DNA of 64,000 nt from an uncultured Bacteroides sp. GTDB lineage: Bacteria > Bacteroidota > Bacteroidia > Bacteroidales > Bacteroidaceae. The first letter of the stretch is position 1, and each line of letters begins with the position of its first letter. The notes below the pieces were generated by a model that was not told the origin of the DNA, did not search any database, and saw only the letters and a list, made by a program, of their open reading frames with translations. The DNA lies in NCBI RefSeq assembly GCF_910586915.1, contig NZ_CAJULN010000009.1:3754-67753 (forward strand). The letters run 5' to 3'. The position numbers and the translations under genes were made by a program. Positions 1-11,454 of the stretch are shown here, piece after piece.

Positions 1-620
<620 letters not shown>

Positions 621-655
621 TTAAAAATTGAGAATTAAAAAATAAGAGTTGAGTA

Positions 656-1468
656 TTAAATGGAGAATGCGTCGAAACCACCGTCAATAACGGCTACCGT
701 ACCTGTCACGAAATTAGAAGCATCACTAATCAGATAATGGATGGTTCCATAAAGGTCTTCCGGTTCGCCGAAACGATTGAACGGAGTATGGGCGAGGATT
801 GTCTTTGAACGGTCAGTCAGAGAACCGTCAGGATTGGTCAGCAGCGTACGGTTTTGTTCGGTCAGGAAGAAGCCCGGAGCGATGGCATTTACACGCAGGC
901 CGTTGCCGAATTTCAGAGCCAGTTCGCCGGCCATATATTTAGTGAAGTTAGCAATAGCTGCTTTTGCCGCACCGTAACCTACCACACGGGTGAGCGGACG
1001 GAGTGCCGATTCAGAGCAGAAGTTTACAATAGAGCCTTTCTTCTGTTCTACCATGACTTCGGCAAATACCATCGTAGGCAATACTGTACCAAACAGGTTG
1101 AGGTCTACCACCTTCTTGAAAGCGTCAATCTGCAAATCGAAGAAAGTCTTATCCGGCGCGATTGTCGCACCTGCCATATTACCACCGGCAGCGTTCAGCA
1201 ATACATCAATGCGGCCGTAAGCCCTCATTATTTCTGCCTTGTTGCCCTCCAGGACTTCTTTGTCCATTACATCGGTGTAAAGGAACATCGCTTCGTTTCC
1301 TTCGGCCTTGATGCTTTCTACCAATGCTTTTCCCGCCTCTTCGCTTCTGTCGAGCACAACTACTTTTGCACCTTCTTTGGCAAGATATGCAGCAATTCCT
1401 TTACCTAAGATTCCGGCTCCACCGGTGATTACGACAACTTTGTCCTTTACGTTAAATAATTCATTCAT
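656..1468 (-). CDS. uxuB: SDR-family D-mannonate oxidoreductase (UxuB-like)
   Basis: TGGAGILG Rossmann motif, YGAAK catalytic motif, NAIAPGFF; lies directly upstream of uxuA. Confidence 0.85.
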   Translation of the reverse strand: MNELFNVKDKVVVITGGAGILGKGIAAYLAKEGAKVVVLDRSEEAGKALVESIKAEGNEAMFLYTDVMDKEVLEGNKAEIMRAYGRIDVLLNAAGGNMAGATIAPDKTFFDLQIDAFKKVVDLNLFGTVLPTMVFAEVMVEQKKGSIVNFCSESALRPLTRVVGYGAAKAAIANFTKYMAGELALKFGNGLRVNAIAPGFFLTEQNRTLLTNPDGSLTDRSKTILAHTPFNRFGEPEDLYGTIHYLISDASNFVTGTVAVIDGGFDAFSI

Positions 1469-1490
1469 GGTCTTTAAAAAAATTATATGT

Positions 1491-2561
1491 TTACAGTTTA
1501 TTGTTCAGATAATATTTCAGATTCTCCTTCAGAAGAATATCTATCGGCATGAGATTCACCTTTTCAGAATGTTGCTTGAACAGCAGATGGTTGCATAAGG
1601 ATTTAACTCCTTCATATCCCTGCCATTCGGGACGCTGCGCAACCAATGCGGTAATCACTCCTTCCGAAAGCAACTGCGTATTTCTCCCGATAAGGTCGTA
1701 ACCGACCAGTTTTACCGTCTGTATGGCTCTTGCCTTGAGGTAATTCCCCAAAATATAGCAGGTAGAGTTAAAAATAACAGCACCTTCGATATTTGGTTTC
1801 GTCGCAAAGAGTTCGTCGAGTTTGGAGAAATTATATACCGAATCATTGATTTTCAATTCCACTTCATGCAACTCTCCGGTGAATCCTATTTCTTTCAGGT
1901 AACGACAAAATCCTTCCCTTCGGTTTCTTCCCTGGTTGGAGTCATTCTTTCCGCTATGGACAATTCGTGCCATGAGCATATCGGAAGCGGAAGAAATCCG
2001 GTCTGCCAACAATCGGGCGGCAATCACTCCGGCGTCATAAGACTCCGTACCGAAATAGGCAAGCTGGTGCTGTCCTTCAATGTTGGAATCGACATAAACA
2101 TAGGGTATCTCAAATCGGTCAAGTTCCTGCGAAAGCCGAATAACAGAGTCGGTAAACAAGGTGGCAATCAATACACCGTCTACTTTAGCGTCCAGCAGAT
2201 TGCGGACGATATCATCAAACGTTTTGTTGTTATACTGGTCAAAAAAGAGTTTCGTGACAGTTATGTTATAAGACTCCATCTCGGAAGCAGCCTTATCGAT
2301 GCCTTCCGAAATGGCTTCCCAATACTCTCCCTGAACAAAAGAAGGAATGATTGCAACCAAACGATATTGTTTCTTGGACGCCAATGAACGTGCCATAAGA
2401 TTAGGTTGATAATGAACCATCTCTAAAATGGCCTGCACCTTTTTCCTGTTTTCTTCGGATACCCGTCCACGATTATGAATGACTCTATCCACCGTACCGA
2501 CAGAAACACCCGCCATTTTAGCAATATCTACAATACGAATATTTGAGAACTCTTTGTCCAT
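1491..2561 (-). CDS. LacI-family transcriptional regulator of the hexuronate operon
   Basis: N-terminal HTH IVDIAKMAGVSVGTVDRVIHNRGRVS followed by a periplasmic-binding-protein-like sugar domain. Confidence 0.92.
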   Translation of the reverse strand: MDKEFSNIRIVDIAKMAGVSVGTVDRVIHNRGRVSEENRKKVQAILEMVHYQPNLMARSLASKKQYRLVAIIPSFVQGEYWEAISEGIDKAASEMESYNITVTKLFFDQYNNKTFDDIVRNLLDAKVDGVLIATLFTDSVIRLSQELDRFEIPYVYVDSNIEGQHQLAYFGTESYDAGVIAARLLADRISSASDMLMARIVHSGKNDSNQGRNRREGFCRYLKEIGFTGELHEVELKINDSVYNFSKLDELFATKPNIEGAVIFNSTCYILGNYLKARAIQTVKLVGYDLIGRNTQLLSEGVITALVAQRPEWQGYEGVKSLCNHLLFKQHSEKVNLMPIDILLKENLKYYLNNKL

Positions 2562-2589
2562 CCTTAATAAGCATCTTGTTTTTCGGAGG

Positions 2590-2638
2590 CAAAAGTAGAA
2601 TGAATTATTGAATTAGGCAATAGTGTGTGCGCACACAC
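2590..2638 (-). promoter_or_regulatory. Promoter (-7 TACTTTTG) and palindromic LacI-type operator
   Basis: TAnnTTTG box on the - strand at 2590-2597; perfect 16-bp palindrome GTGTGTGCGCACACAC at 2623-2638 with a central CG as in LacI operators. Confidence 0.7.
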
Positions 2639-2744
2639 ATAGAAGTACAAAACAGCTTATTGCATTAATTTATAATAGCTTATACAGAATCAGGGGAAAT
2701 ACACATATGTTGTTAAACATAAGAAAAAGGATAAAAAACAAAGA

Positions 2745-2780
2745 AATTGGTAATCAATTACATATAACTGATTACCAATT
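2745..2780 (-). terminator. Hairpin terminator downstream of the 2791-3078 gene
   Basis: AATTGGTAATCA...TGATTACCAATT inverted repeat followed by a T-rich tract on the - strand. Confidence 0.6.
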
Positions 2781-2790
2781 CTCATGGAAA

Positions 2791-3078
2791 CTATTTTTCC
2801 CACTTTTCTTTTGCTTTTCCAGCCATCTTATCAGCTTCAGTTGCCACTTTATCAGCAATTTCGGCTCCGGTTTCTACCGCTTTCTGTCCAACATCCTTTA
2901 CTTTTTCCTTTGCACAAGCAGCAGCCGTCTCCGCACTACTACCGATGCGGTGGATAGCATCACTGATTTTACTTTCCAGTTGTTTGGCTTTTGCGGTACG
3001 TGAAAAACGATAAGCAACAGCACCTAGGACAGAACCTACTCCAAGTCCGATCCAGAAATTTCCATTTTTACATCCCAT
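2791..3078 (-). CDS. Small membrane-anchored protein (YtxH/general-stress-like)
   Basis: N-terminal FWIGLGVGSVLGAVAY helix followed by an Ala/Lys/Glu-rich amphipathic tail. Confidence 0.65.
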   Translation of the reverse strand: MGCKNGNFWIGLGVGSVLGAVAYRFSRTAKAKQLESKISDAIHRIGSSAETAAACAKEKVKDVGQKAVETGAEIADKVATEADKMAGKAKEKWEK

Positions 3079-3297
3079 AATTAAGTTCAGTTTTAGATTA
3101 AAAAATAAATTATATCATATTTCAAATAAAGCTCTTATCAGCCTTCTTGTTCATTAAAAACAGACGATATGGCAAATGGTTCAACGTAGCGAAAGCGAAT
3201 TAACTACAATTTGCAATCCTTATGTGTTAGAGAAAAGCAGAAGTTTACGTACCTTTGCAGGCATTTTTTTCAGAAAAATCGTAAAAGAACAGGTATT

Positions 3298-4500
3298 ATG
3301 GTACAGAATCAAGAACAACCCGTAAGTAAAATCACATTCTCTATTTTAATTGCATTGAGTCTTTCACATTGTCTCAACGACCTTTTACAGTCGGTAGTTT
3401 CGGCAGCTTATCCGATATTTAAAGATGACTTAGGACTTAGTTTCGCTCAAATCGGACTGATAACATTGGTATATCAACTCTCAGCTTCGGTGTTTCAACC
3501 GATTACAGGAATTATTTTCGACAAATATCCCGTCGCATGGTCACTGCCCATCGGAATGAGTTTTACCATGATAGGACTGATAAACTTGGCTTTTTCCGAC
3601 AATCTTTATTGGATATTATTGTCTGTCTTCTTAATCGGAATCGGTTCTTCCGTACTGCATCCGGAAGCCTCACGCATCACATTCCTTGCTTCGGGCGGCA
3701 AACGCGGGTTGGCACAGTCACTCTTTCAGGTAGGAGGCAATTTCGGAGGTTCATTAGGCCCTCTGTTGGTAGCTCTGTTAGTGGCACCTTATGGAAGACA
3801 GCACCTTATTATATTTGCGTTGGTCGCACTGGCAGCCATTGCCGTCATGTATCCGATATGCAAATGGTACAAGTCTTATCTCAACCGGTTGAAAGCGCAG
3901 ACCTCCACTATCAAAAAGCCGGTTCATCTCCCACTGCCCATAAATAAAACAGTTCTTTCCATCGGGATATTATTGATATTGATTTTCTCGAAATATATTT
4001 ATATGGCAAGTCTGACCAGTTATTATACCTTTTATTTGATTCATAAATTCAATGTCACGGTACAGGAATCACAGCTATATTTGTTTATATTCTTGGTTGC
4101 TACGGCTATCGGAACATTGGTGGGCGGACCGGTAGGCGACCGCGTTGGGCGGAAATATGTCATCTGGGCTTCAATTTTAGGAACCGCCCCATTCAGTTTA
4201 CTGATGCCTCACGCCAATCTGGTATGGACCATTATTCTCAGCTTCTGTGTAGGACTGATGCTTTCTTCCGCCTTCCCTGCCATATTGCTTTATGCACAAG
4301 AACTGCTCCCTACCAAACTCGGACTCATATCCGGACTCTTCTTTGGATTTGCTTTCGGAGTTGCCGGTGTTGCGTCGGCTGTACTTGGCAACTTAGCAGA
4401 CAAGACCAGCATTGAGTATGTCTATAACATTTGTGCTTATATGCCGTTGTTAGGACTGGTCACGTTCTTTTTGCCTAATTTGAAGAAACAGAAAGGATAA
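3298..4500 (+). CDS. fsr: MFS transporter, fosmidomycin-resistance (Fsr) family
   Basis: SHCLNDLLQS, HPEASR, RGLAQSLFQVGGNFG and GDRVGRK motifs; likely start ATG 3298 downstream of a TACCTTTG box at 3250. Confidence 0.85.
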   Translation: MVQNQEQPVSKITFSILIALSLSHCLNDLLQSVVSAAYPIFKDDLGLSFAQIGLITLVYQLSASVFQPITGIIFDKYPVAWSLPIGMSFTMIGLINLAFSDNLYWILLSVFLIGIGSSVLHPEASRITFLASGGKRGLAQSLFQVGGNFGGSLGPLLVALLVAPYGRQHLIIFALVALAAIAVMYPICKWYKSYLNRLKAQTSTIKKPVHLPLPINKTVLSIGILLILIFSKYIYMASLTSYYTFYLIHKFNVTVQESQLYLFIFLVATAIGTLVGGPVGDRVGRKYVIWASILGTAPFSLLMPHANLVWTIILSFCVGLMLSSAFPAILLYAQELLPTKLGLISGLFFGFAFGVAGVASAVLGNLADKTSIEYVYNICAYMPLLGLVTFFLPNLKKQKG

Positions 4501-4507
4501 AATATAA

Positions 4508-5620
4508 ATGGTTCTTATGTTCAAACATATTCTTCTGTTTTTCTTTCTGCTGTCGCTCTCTTTACAGGTTCGTGCCGAGAAAAGAGACAGCCTTATGAAC
4601 CATACGGTAAAAGCCGATTCGCTCCCGCCCGCCCGTTCGGGGTTCTTTCAAAAGACAATCGGAAAATTATTGAACAACGATTTCGATACGCTTTATATCA
4701 GCCCCAACCGATATAACTATGCGCTGATGGTTACCCATTTCAGCAACTTCGAATATTACACAGTCAGCAGCGAACTGCCTCAACCGCAGAAACTCAGTTT
4801 CTCGCCCAACCCACATAACAAGATAGGAGTTTACTTTGGCTGGAGATGGATTTTCTTGGGCTGGTCTGTCGATGTGGATGACATTTATCGCAAAACCAAC
4901 CGGAAGAATAAAGGAACGGAGTTCGACTTGAGCCTTTACAGTTCCAAATTGGGCGTTGACCTCTTTTACCGCCGTACGGGAAATAATTACAAGATTCATA
5001 AAATAAAAGGATTCTATGACGAGATTCCGACCGATTATTCCGAAAACTTCAACGGATTGGAAGTAGATATCAAAGGGCTGAATCTATACTATATATTCAA
5101 CAACCGTAGGTTCTCTTATCCGGCAGCTTTCAGCCAATCGACCAATCAACGATGCAATACGGGCAGTTTTATTACAGGATTCTCCATCTCCAAACATAAA
5201 CTCGACTTTGACTACCTGCAACTGCCAGAATATATACAGCGAAAGATGAACCCCGGAATGAAAGTAAACAAAATCAAATATACCAACGCTAACATCAGCT
5301 TCGGATATGCTTACAACTGGGTGTTTGCCCGCAATTGCCTGGCGTGCCTCTCTCTCACTCCCGCCCTTGCCTTTAAGGCTTCCGAAGTAGATGCCGAAAT
5401 CCACGAAGGCAAACAGTGGTATAGTAAATTCAATCTTGACTTCCTGCTCCGTGCGGGCGTTGTCTACAATAACGGAAAATACTTTGTAGGTTCCTCTTTT
5501 ATCGGAAAAAACTATAACTACCACCGAAATAATTTCTCGCTTGACAACGGATTCGGTACCCTCCAGGTATATGCAGGTTTCAACTTTCATCTACGCAAAG
5601 AATACAGGAAGAAGAAATAA
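4508..5620 (+). CDS. Signal-peptide-bearing putative outer-membrane beta-barrel (DUF4421-like)
   Basis: Signal peptide; GVYFGWRWIFLG, FSYPAAFSQS and GYAYNWVF motifs recalled for the Bacteroidetes DUF4421 family. Confidence 0.65.
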   Translation: MVLMFKHILLFFFLLSLSLQVRAEKRDSLMNHTVKADSLPPARSGFFQKTIGKLLNNDFDTLYISPNRYNYALMVTHFSNFEYYTVSSELPQPQKLSFSPNPHNKIGVYFGWRWIFLGWSVDVDDIYRKTNRKNKGTEFDLSLYSSKLGVDLFYRRTGNNYKIHKIKGFYDEIPTDYSENFNGLEVDIKGLNLYYIFNNRRFSYPAAFSQSTNQRCNTGSFITGFSISKHKLDFDYLQLPEYIQRKMNPGMKVNKIKYTNANISFGYAYNWVFARNCLACLSLTPALAFKASEVDAEIHEGKQWYSKFNLDFLLRAGVVYNNGKYFVGSSFIGKNYNYHRNNFSLDNGFGTLQVYAGFNFHLRKEYRKKK

Positions 5621-5714
5621 AAATGCGTACATCAGAAATCGCCCGTCCTGCTTGCTTATCCAAAGAATCTTTGTACATTTGCCGCGTTCTTTACCTTAAG
5701 AAAACAAGAACCTG

Positions 5715-8120
5715 ATGAAGAAACAACGCCATATACAGACCACACGTCCCCTTCTCTCCCGTTTCCGCTATTGGGGAAGGAAGAACTATGCTGCTTTTGC
5801 AAGTATGGGACGCGAACTCCAAATCGGTCACCTGCACACGAATGTGGTGGACGTTGCCCTTCGCAAGCAGAATGCTGCACAAATTATCCCTTATCATACA
5901 TTTATGACACTTCAAGAAATCAAAGACCAAGCACTGGCAGGCGTTGATATATCGCCCGACCAAGCCGCTTGGCTGGCCAATACGGCCGACAGCGAGGCGC
6001 TCTATGCCGCCGCACACGAGATTACCGCCGCACGTGCTTCGCACGAATTCGATATGTGTTCCATCATCAACGCCAAGTCCGGCAGATGTCCGGAAAATTG
6101 TAAATGGTGCGCACAGTCTTCCCACTACAAGACACAAGCCGAGGTTTACGACCTCCTTCCCGCCGAAGAATGTCTGCGGCAGGCAACCTACAATGAAGCC
6201 CAAGACGTCAATCGTTTTTCCCTCGTCACCAGTGGACGCAAACCCTCTCCCAAACAGATAACCCAACTTTGTGATACTGTTCGCCACATACGCCGTCACT
6301 CGTCAATCCAACTTTGTGCTTCGTTAGGCTTGCTCAATGAAGAAGAACTGCGTTCTTTACACGAAGCCGGCGTAACCCGCTATCACTGTAATCTGGAAAC
6401 GGCTCCTTCTTACTTTTCAAAACTCTGCTCCACACATACGCAGGAGCAGAAACTTGCCACTCTCCATACTGCCCGCCGGGTAGGAATGGACATTTGTTGC
6501 GGTGGAATCATCGGGATGGGTGAAACAATGGAACAACGGATTGAATTCGCTTTTACACTGAAAGAGCTGAATGTACAATCCATTCCTATCAATCTGCTAA
6601 GTCCGATACCCGGAACACCGTTGGAAAACGAAAAGCCTTTGAGCGAAGAAGAGATTCTCAGGACGATTTCGATATTCCGCTTCATCAATCCGACAGCGTT
6701 TCTACGCTTTGCCGGCGGACGCTCACAACTCTCTTCCGAAGCGATGCACAAGGCTTTGTATATCGGTATTAATTCTGCCATCGTAGGCGATTTGCTGACA
6801 ACACTCGGTTCCAAAGTGTCGGAAGACAAACAAATGATTCGGGAAGAAGGATATCGTTTTGCAAGTTCCCAGTTCGACCGTGAACATCTGTGGCATCCCT
6901 ATACTTCGACTACCGACCCGCTACCCGTATATAAAGTGAAACGGGCGGACGGAGCTACCATCACTCTCGAAGACGGGCGGACGCTTATTGAAGGAATGTC
7001 TTCCTGGTGGTGCGCAGTGCATGGATACAATCATCCGGTGTTGAATCAGGCCGCTAAAGACCAACTGAATAAAATGTCTCATGTCATGTTCGGCGGACTG
7101 ACACACGACCCAGCCATTGAGTTGGGCAAGTTGCTGTTGCCGTTGGTTCCACCATCCATGCAGAAAATATTCTATGCAGATTCCGGTTCGGTAGCCGTAG
7201 AAGTAGCCTTGAAGATGGCCGTACAATATTGGTATGCCGCCGGAAAACCGGACAAGAATAATTTTGTAACCATCCGCTCGGGATATCACGGCGATACATG
7301 GAACGCCATGTCCGTATGCGACCCAGTAACGGGAATGCACAGCCTATTCGGTTCGGCACTTCCTGTCCGTCATTTTGTTCCGGCTCCTTCGTCCCGTTTC
7401 GACGGCGAATGGAATCCGCAAGACATAGAACCGTTGCGGAAAACAATCGAAAAACATTCGGAAGAATTGGCTGCGCTCATCCTCGAACCGGTTGTTCAAG
7501 GGGCAGGCGGTATGTGGTTTTACCATCCGCAATACCTTCGCGAAGCGGAGAAACTCTGCAAGGAGCACGGACTTCTTTTAATCTTTGACGAGATAGCCAC
7601 AGGATTCGGACGGACAGGGAAACTCTTTGCATGGGAACACGCCGGAGTGGAACCGGACATCATGTGCATAGGCAAAGCACTGACCGGCGGATACATGACA
7701 CTTTCTGCCGTGCTTGCCAGCAATTTAGTGGCGGATACTATCTCTAATCATGCGCCGGGAGCTTTCATGCACGGGCCTACTTTCATGGGAAATCCGCTCG
7801 CTTGTGCGGTGGCTTGCGCGTCCGTACGTCTGTTGTTGGATTCCGGCTGGCAGGAGAATGTAAAACGCATTGAAGCACAACTGAGAGAAGAGCTTGCGCC
7901 TACACGGGAACTTCCGCAAGTGGCCGATGTACGTGTGTTAGGAGCCATCGGAGTTATTGAAATGAAGCAACCGGTAAATATGGCGTATATGCAACAACGG
8001 TTTGTGGAAGAAGGTATCTGGGTACGCCCGTTCGGAAAGTTGGTTTATCTGATGCCTCCCTTTATCATCACCTCCGAGCAGCTAAGCAAACTGACAACCG
8101 GATTACTGAAAACAATCTGA
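5715..8120 (+). CDS. bioA: Fused biotin synthase (BioB) and DAPA aminotransferase (BioA) with a 63-aa N-terminal extension
   Basis: Radical-[11 protein letters not shown] and YHCNLET motifs (BioB, from about 5904); [22 protein letters not shown] and GKALTGG PLP lysine (BioA, from about 6873); -7 box TACATTTG at 5674. Confidence 0.95.
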   Translation: MKKQRHIQTTRPLLSRFRYWGRKNYAAFASMGRELQIGHLHTNVVDVALRKQNAAQIIPYHTFMTLQEIKDQALAGVDISPDQAAWLANTADSEALYAAAHEITAARASHEFDMCSIINAKSGRCPENCKWCAQSSHYKTQAEVYDLLPAEECLRQATYNEAQDVNRFSLVTSGRKPSPKQITQLCDTVRHIRRHSSIQLCASLGLLNEEELRSLHEAGVTRYHCNLETAPSYFSKLCSTHTQEQKLATLHTARRVGMDICCGGIIGMGETMEQRIEFAFTLKELNVQSIPINLLSPIPGTPLENEKPLSEEEILRTISIFRFINPTAFLRFAGGRSQLSSEAMHKALYIGINSAIVGDLLTTLGSKVSEDKQMIREEGYRFASSQFDREHLWHPYTSTTDPLPVYKVKRADGATITLEDGRTLIEGMSSWWCAVHGYNHPVLNQAAKDQLNKMSHVMFGGLTHDPAIELGKLLLPLVPPSMQKIFYADSGSVAVEVALKMAVQYWYAAGKPDKNNFVTIRSGYHGDTWNAMSVCDPVTGMHSLFGSALPVRHFVPAPSSRFDGEWNPQDIEPLRKTIEKHSEELAALILEPVVQGAGGMWFYHPQYLREAEKLCKEHGLLLIFDEIATGFGRTGKLFAWEHAGVEPDIMCIGKALTGGYMTLSAVLASNLVADTISNHAPGAFMHGPTFMGNPLACAVACASVRLLLDSGWQENVKRIEAQLREELAPTRELPQVADVRVLGAIGVIEMKQPVNMAYMQQRFVEEGIWVRPFGKLVYLMPPFIITSEQLSKLTTGLLKTI

Positions 8121-8136
8121 TTTAAAATAGTCATGT

Positions 8137-9291
8137 ATGATTCTAAATAATATAAGTCAAGAACTTCTTATCCTAAAGGAAAAGAAAAATTATCGCTCTC
8201 TCCCACCCCTCATCCACGATGGGCGGGATGTTATTCTGAACGGGCAACGGATGTTGAACCTCTCTTCCAACGATTATCTCGGACTGGCTAACGACCTGTC
8301 GTTACGCGAGGAATTCCTAAAAACAGTAACTCCCGAAACATTTCTGCCCACCTCTTCCTCTTCCCGGTTGCTTACAGGCAACTTTACGGTTTATCAGGAG
8401 TTAGAGCAACAGTTGGCGGCTATGTTCGGAACAGAAGGTGCGCTTATATTCAATAGCGGTTATCATGCCAATACGGGAATTCTTCCCGCCATCAGCAATG
8501 CCCGGACATTGATTCTTGCAGACAAATTGGTACACGCCAGCCTGATAGACGGAATCAGACTGTCATCGGCAAAATGTATCCGCTATCGCCACAACGACTT
8601 ATCTCAACTGCAACGGCTGGTTTCTGAAAATCACCACGCATATGAACAAATCGTTGTTGTCACCGAAAGCATCTTCAGTATGGACGGAGACGAAGCCGAC
8701 CTTCGCGTGCTTGTCCGATTAAAAAAAAGCCATTCCAACGTGCTTCTTTATGTGGACGAAGCCCATGCTTTCGGCACACGCGGAGAGAGAGGATTGGGAT
8801 GTGCGGAGGAACAGGGCTGTATCAACGATATAGACTTTTTAGTAGGAACCTTCGGAAAAGCAATAGCCTCGGCAGGCGCTTACATTGTGTGCCGACAGGT
8901 TGTCCGGGAATACTTGATTAACAAGATGCGCACGTTTATATTCACAACAGCCCTTCCGCCCATAAATATTCAATGGACTTCGTGGATACTGAAACATCTC
9001 TCCGCTCTCCGGCAAAAAAGAACTCATTTGCTGCACATCAGCAACAAACTGAAGAATGTACTTGCCGATAAAGGATATGACTGTCCTTCGGTAAGTCACA
9101 TTGTCCCCATGATTGTAGGAGCAAGCGAGGATACGATATACAAAGCAGAGGAAATGCAGCGTAAAGGATTCTACGCATTGCCGGTACGCCCGCCTACGGT
9201 TCCCGAGGGAACTTCACGCATCCGGTTCTCGCTGACGGCAGATATTACCGAACATGAAATCGACCAACTTATAAAACTGATAAACGGATGA
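8137..9291 (+). CDS. bioF: 8-amino-7-oxononanoate synthase
   Basis: SSNDYLGL, HASLIDG, VDEAHA, GTFGKA and RPPTVP motifs. Confidence 0.95.
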   Translation: MILNNISQELLILKEKKNYRSLPPLIHDGRDVILNGQRMLNLSSNDYLGLANDLSLREEFLKTVTPETFLPTSSSSRLLTGNFTVYQELEQQLAAMFGTEGALIFNSGYHANTGILPAISNARTLILADKLVHASLIDGIRLSSAKCIRYRHNDLSQLQRLVSENHHAYEQIVVVTESIFSMDGDEADLRVLVRLKKSHSNVLLYVDEAHAFGTRGERGLGCAEEQGCINDIDFLVGTFGKAIASAGAYIVCRQVVREYLINKMRTFIFTTALPPINIQWTSWILKHLSALRQKRTHLLHISNKLKNVLADKGYDCPSVSHIVPMIVGASEDTIYKAEEMQRKGFYALPVRPPTVPEGTSRIRFSLTADITEHEIDQLIKLING

Positions 9292-9947
9292 AACAGCATT
9301 TTATCATCAAAAACAACCAAAAACATCTGTTGCTTTTCTTCGCAGGCTGGGGAATGGATGAGACTCCGTTCCTGCAACTTCACCCGACCGATAAGGATTG
9401 GATGCTCTGTTACGATTACCGCTCGCTGGAATTCGATGCCACCACGCTGCAAGAATATTCCGAAATCACTCTTATTGCCTGGTCGATGGGAGTATGGGTA
9501 GCTTCTCAGATAATGAAACAACACCCATCCCTACCCGTTTCGCAAAGTATCGCCATCAATGGCACTCCCTATCCCATACACGAAACGAAAGGAATCAGTC
9601 CCGCCATTTTCGCAGGAACCTTGCAAGGGTTGAACGAACAATCCCTGCAAAAGTTCCAAAGAAGGATGTGCGGTTCAGCAGCCGACTACCAGGCTTTTCA
9701 GTCAATAGTTCCCCGACGCCCTGTCGAGGAACTCAAAGAAGAACTTGCCGCCATACAAGAACACTACTTATCGACTCCTCCTTCAGACTTTGCCTGGCAA
9801 AAAGCCATCATAGGAAAGCACGACCGCATCTTCCTGCCGGACAACCAATGGCTGGCCTGGAGAAACAAAGCGGACTCCCTCGAATATGCGGAAGCCGCCC
9901 ATTATCAACAAGCACTTTTTGCTAACGTAATCATGCCAACCGACTAA
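9288..9947 (+). CDS. bioG: Pimeloyl-ACP methyl ester esterase, BioG/DUF452 type
   Basis: LLFFAGWG and AWSMG nucleophile elbow; lies between bioF and bioC. Confidence 0.8.
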   Translation: MKQHFIIKNNQKHLLLFFAGWGMDETPFLQLHPTDKDWMLCYDYRSLEFDATTLQEYSEITLIAWSMGVWVASQIMKQHPSLPVSQSIAINGTPYPIHETKGISPAIFAGTLQGLNEQSLQKFQRRMCGSAADYQAFQSIVPRRPVEELKEELAAIQEHYLSTPPSDFAWQKAIIGKHDRIFLPDNQWLAWRNKADSLEYAEAAHYQQALFANVIMPTD

Positions 9948-9957
9948 TTATTGATTT

Positions 9958-10725
9958 ATGAACAAACAACTCATTGCCGAACGTTTCGCAAAAGCCGTTG
10001 CCACCTATCCGCAGGAAGCCAACGTGCAACGGCAGATAGCAGATAAAATGATTCGCCTGCTTACGGAACATCTGTCCGCTCCCTGTTCGAGAGTCATCGA
10101 ATTCGGATGCGGCACAGGCCTCTATTCACGTATGCTGTTGCAAGCGCTTCGACCGGAGGAGCTGTTACTCAACGACCTTTGCCCGGAAATGGAACACTGC
10201 TGTGAGGACTTATTAAGAAAAGAGCAGGTATCTTTTCTTCCGGGAGATGCGGAAACCGTCTCTTTTCCTGCCGAGAGCACACTGATAACATCCTGTTCGG
10301 CCTTGCAATGGTTCGAATCGCCCGAAATGTTTTTCAAGAAGTGCCATGCTTTGCTCAGCAACCAGGGGTATCTCGCTTTCAGTACTTTCGGGAAAAAGAA
10401 TATGAGAGAGATAAGAGAACTGACCGGAAACGGACTTCCTTACCGTTCGCGGGAGGAACTTACGGCAACCCTGTCAGCGTACTTTGACATTCTACATTCG
10501 GAAGAGGAACTTATCTCTCTTCCGTTCGACAATCCGATAAAGGTACTTTATCATTTGAAGCAGACGGGCGTGACCGGCGTATCCGGTCTGTCCTCCCGAC
10601 AACTGCGGACACGCCGCGACTTGCAGCTATTCAGTGAACGTTATACCAAAGAATTTGCTCAGGGCACTTCCGTGTCACTGACCTATCACCCCATTTATAT
10701 CATCGCAAAAAAGAAAGAAATATGA
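9958..10725 (+). CDS. bioC: Malonyl-ACP O-methyltransferase
   Basis: EFGCGTG SAM motif, ALQW, LKQTGV, LTYHP. Confidence 0.92.
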   Translation: MNKQLIAERFAKAVATYPQEANVQRQIADKMIRLLTEHLSAPCSRVIEFGCGTGLYSRMLLQALRPEELLLNDLCPEMEHCCEDLLRKEQVSFLPGDAETVSFPAESTLITSCSALQWFESPEMFFKKCHALLSNQGYLAFSTFGKKNMREIRELTGNGLPYRSREELTATLSAYFDILHSEEELISLPFDNPIKVLYHLKQTGVTGVSGLSSRQLRTRRDLQLFSERYTKEFAQGTSVSLTYHPIYIIAKKKEI

Positions 10726-11366
10726 AACAGAATGTATATTTCGTAAGCGGCATCGACACCGATGCCGGCAAGAGTTACGCCACCGGATTTTTAGCCCGCG
10801 AATGGAACGGGAACGGACTACGGACAATTACTCAAAAGTTTATCCAGACAGGCAATGTCGGCCGGTCGGAAGACATAGAGTTGCACCGGAAACTCATGGG
10901 AATCTCTTTTACGGAAGAAGATAAAGAAGGATTGACCATGCCGGAAATATTCTCCTATCCCGCCTCTCCGCATCTCGCTTCCCAACTGGACAACCGTCCC
11001 ATCGACTTCGGCAAAATCAAACGTGCCACGGAAACACTGAGCGAACGCTACGACCGCGTACTGCTTGAAGGAGCAGGCGGGCTGATGGTACCGCTAACGA
11101 CCGAACTACTGACCATAGACTACATCGCCCAAGAGAATTACCCGCTTATTTTTGTCACCTCGGGCAAATTGGGCAGCATCAACCACACCCTGCTCAGCCT
11201 TGAAGCCATACAAAAACGTGGGATTATGCTGGATACGGTACTTTATAATATGTATCCTACCGTAGAGGACAAAACGATTCAGAATGATACTATGGAGTTC
11301 ATTCAAAACTGGCTGAAGAAGTATTTCCCCGATACGAAGTTTATCCTGATACCCGAAATAAAATAA
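10722..11366 (+). CDS. bioD: Dethiobiotin synthase
   Basis: [10 protein letters not shown]-loop, EGAGG and LGSINHTLL motifs. Confidence 0.95.
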   Translation: MKQNVYFVSGIDTDAGKSYATGFLAREWNGNGLRTITQKFIQTGNVGRSEDIELHRKLMGISFTEEDKEGLTMPEIFSYPASPHLASQLDNRPIDFGKIKRATETLSERYDRVLLEGAGGLMVPLTTELLTIDYIAQENYPLIFVTSGKLGSINHTLLSLEAIQKRGIMLDTVLYNMYPTVEDKTIQNDTMEFIQNWLKKYFPDTKFILIPEIK

Positions 11367-11391
11367 ATCCGCCGGCCGTATTGACCCAAAC

Positions 11392-11439
11392 GAGACGTTT
11401 GTTTGTTATACTCATAACAAATGAACGTCTCACTTTTTT
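11392..11439 (+). terminator. Intrinsic terminator of the bio operon
   Basis: GAGACGTTTGTTTGTTAT / ATAACAAATGAACGTCTC stem (with G-U pairs) followed by ACTTTTTT. Confidence 0.7.
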
Positions 11440-11454
11440 AAAACCCAAACCGCT

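Noticed and set aside
3158..3184. GAAC-N16-TGTT on the - strand as an ECF-sigma promoter for the 2791-3078 gene
   Set aside because: Plausible but too short and degenerate to support without comparative data.
8721..8728. A8 run in bioF as a phase-variation tract
   Set aside because: Short, in frame, encodes Lys-Lys, and common in AT-rich coding sequence.
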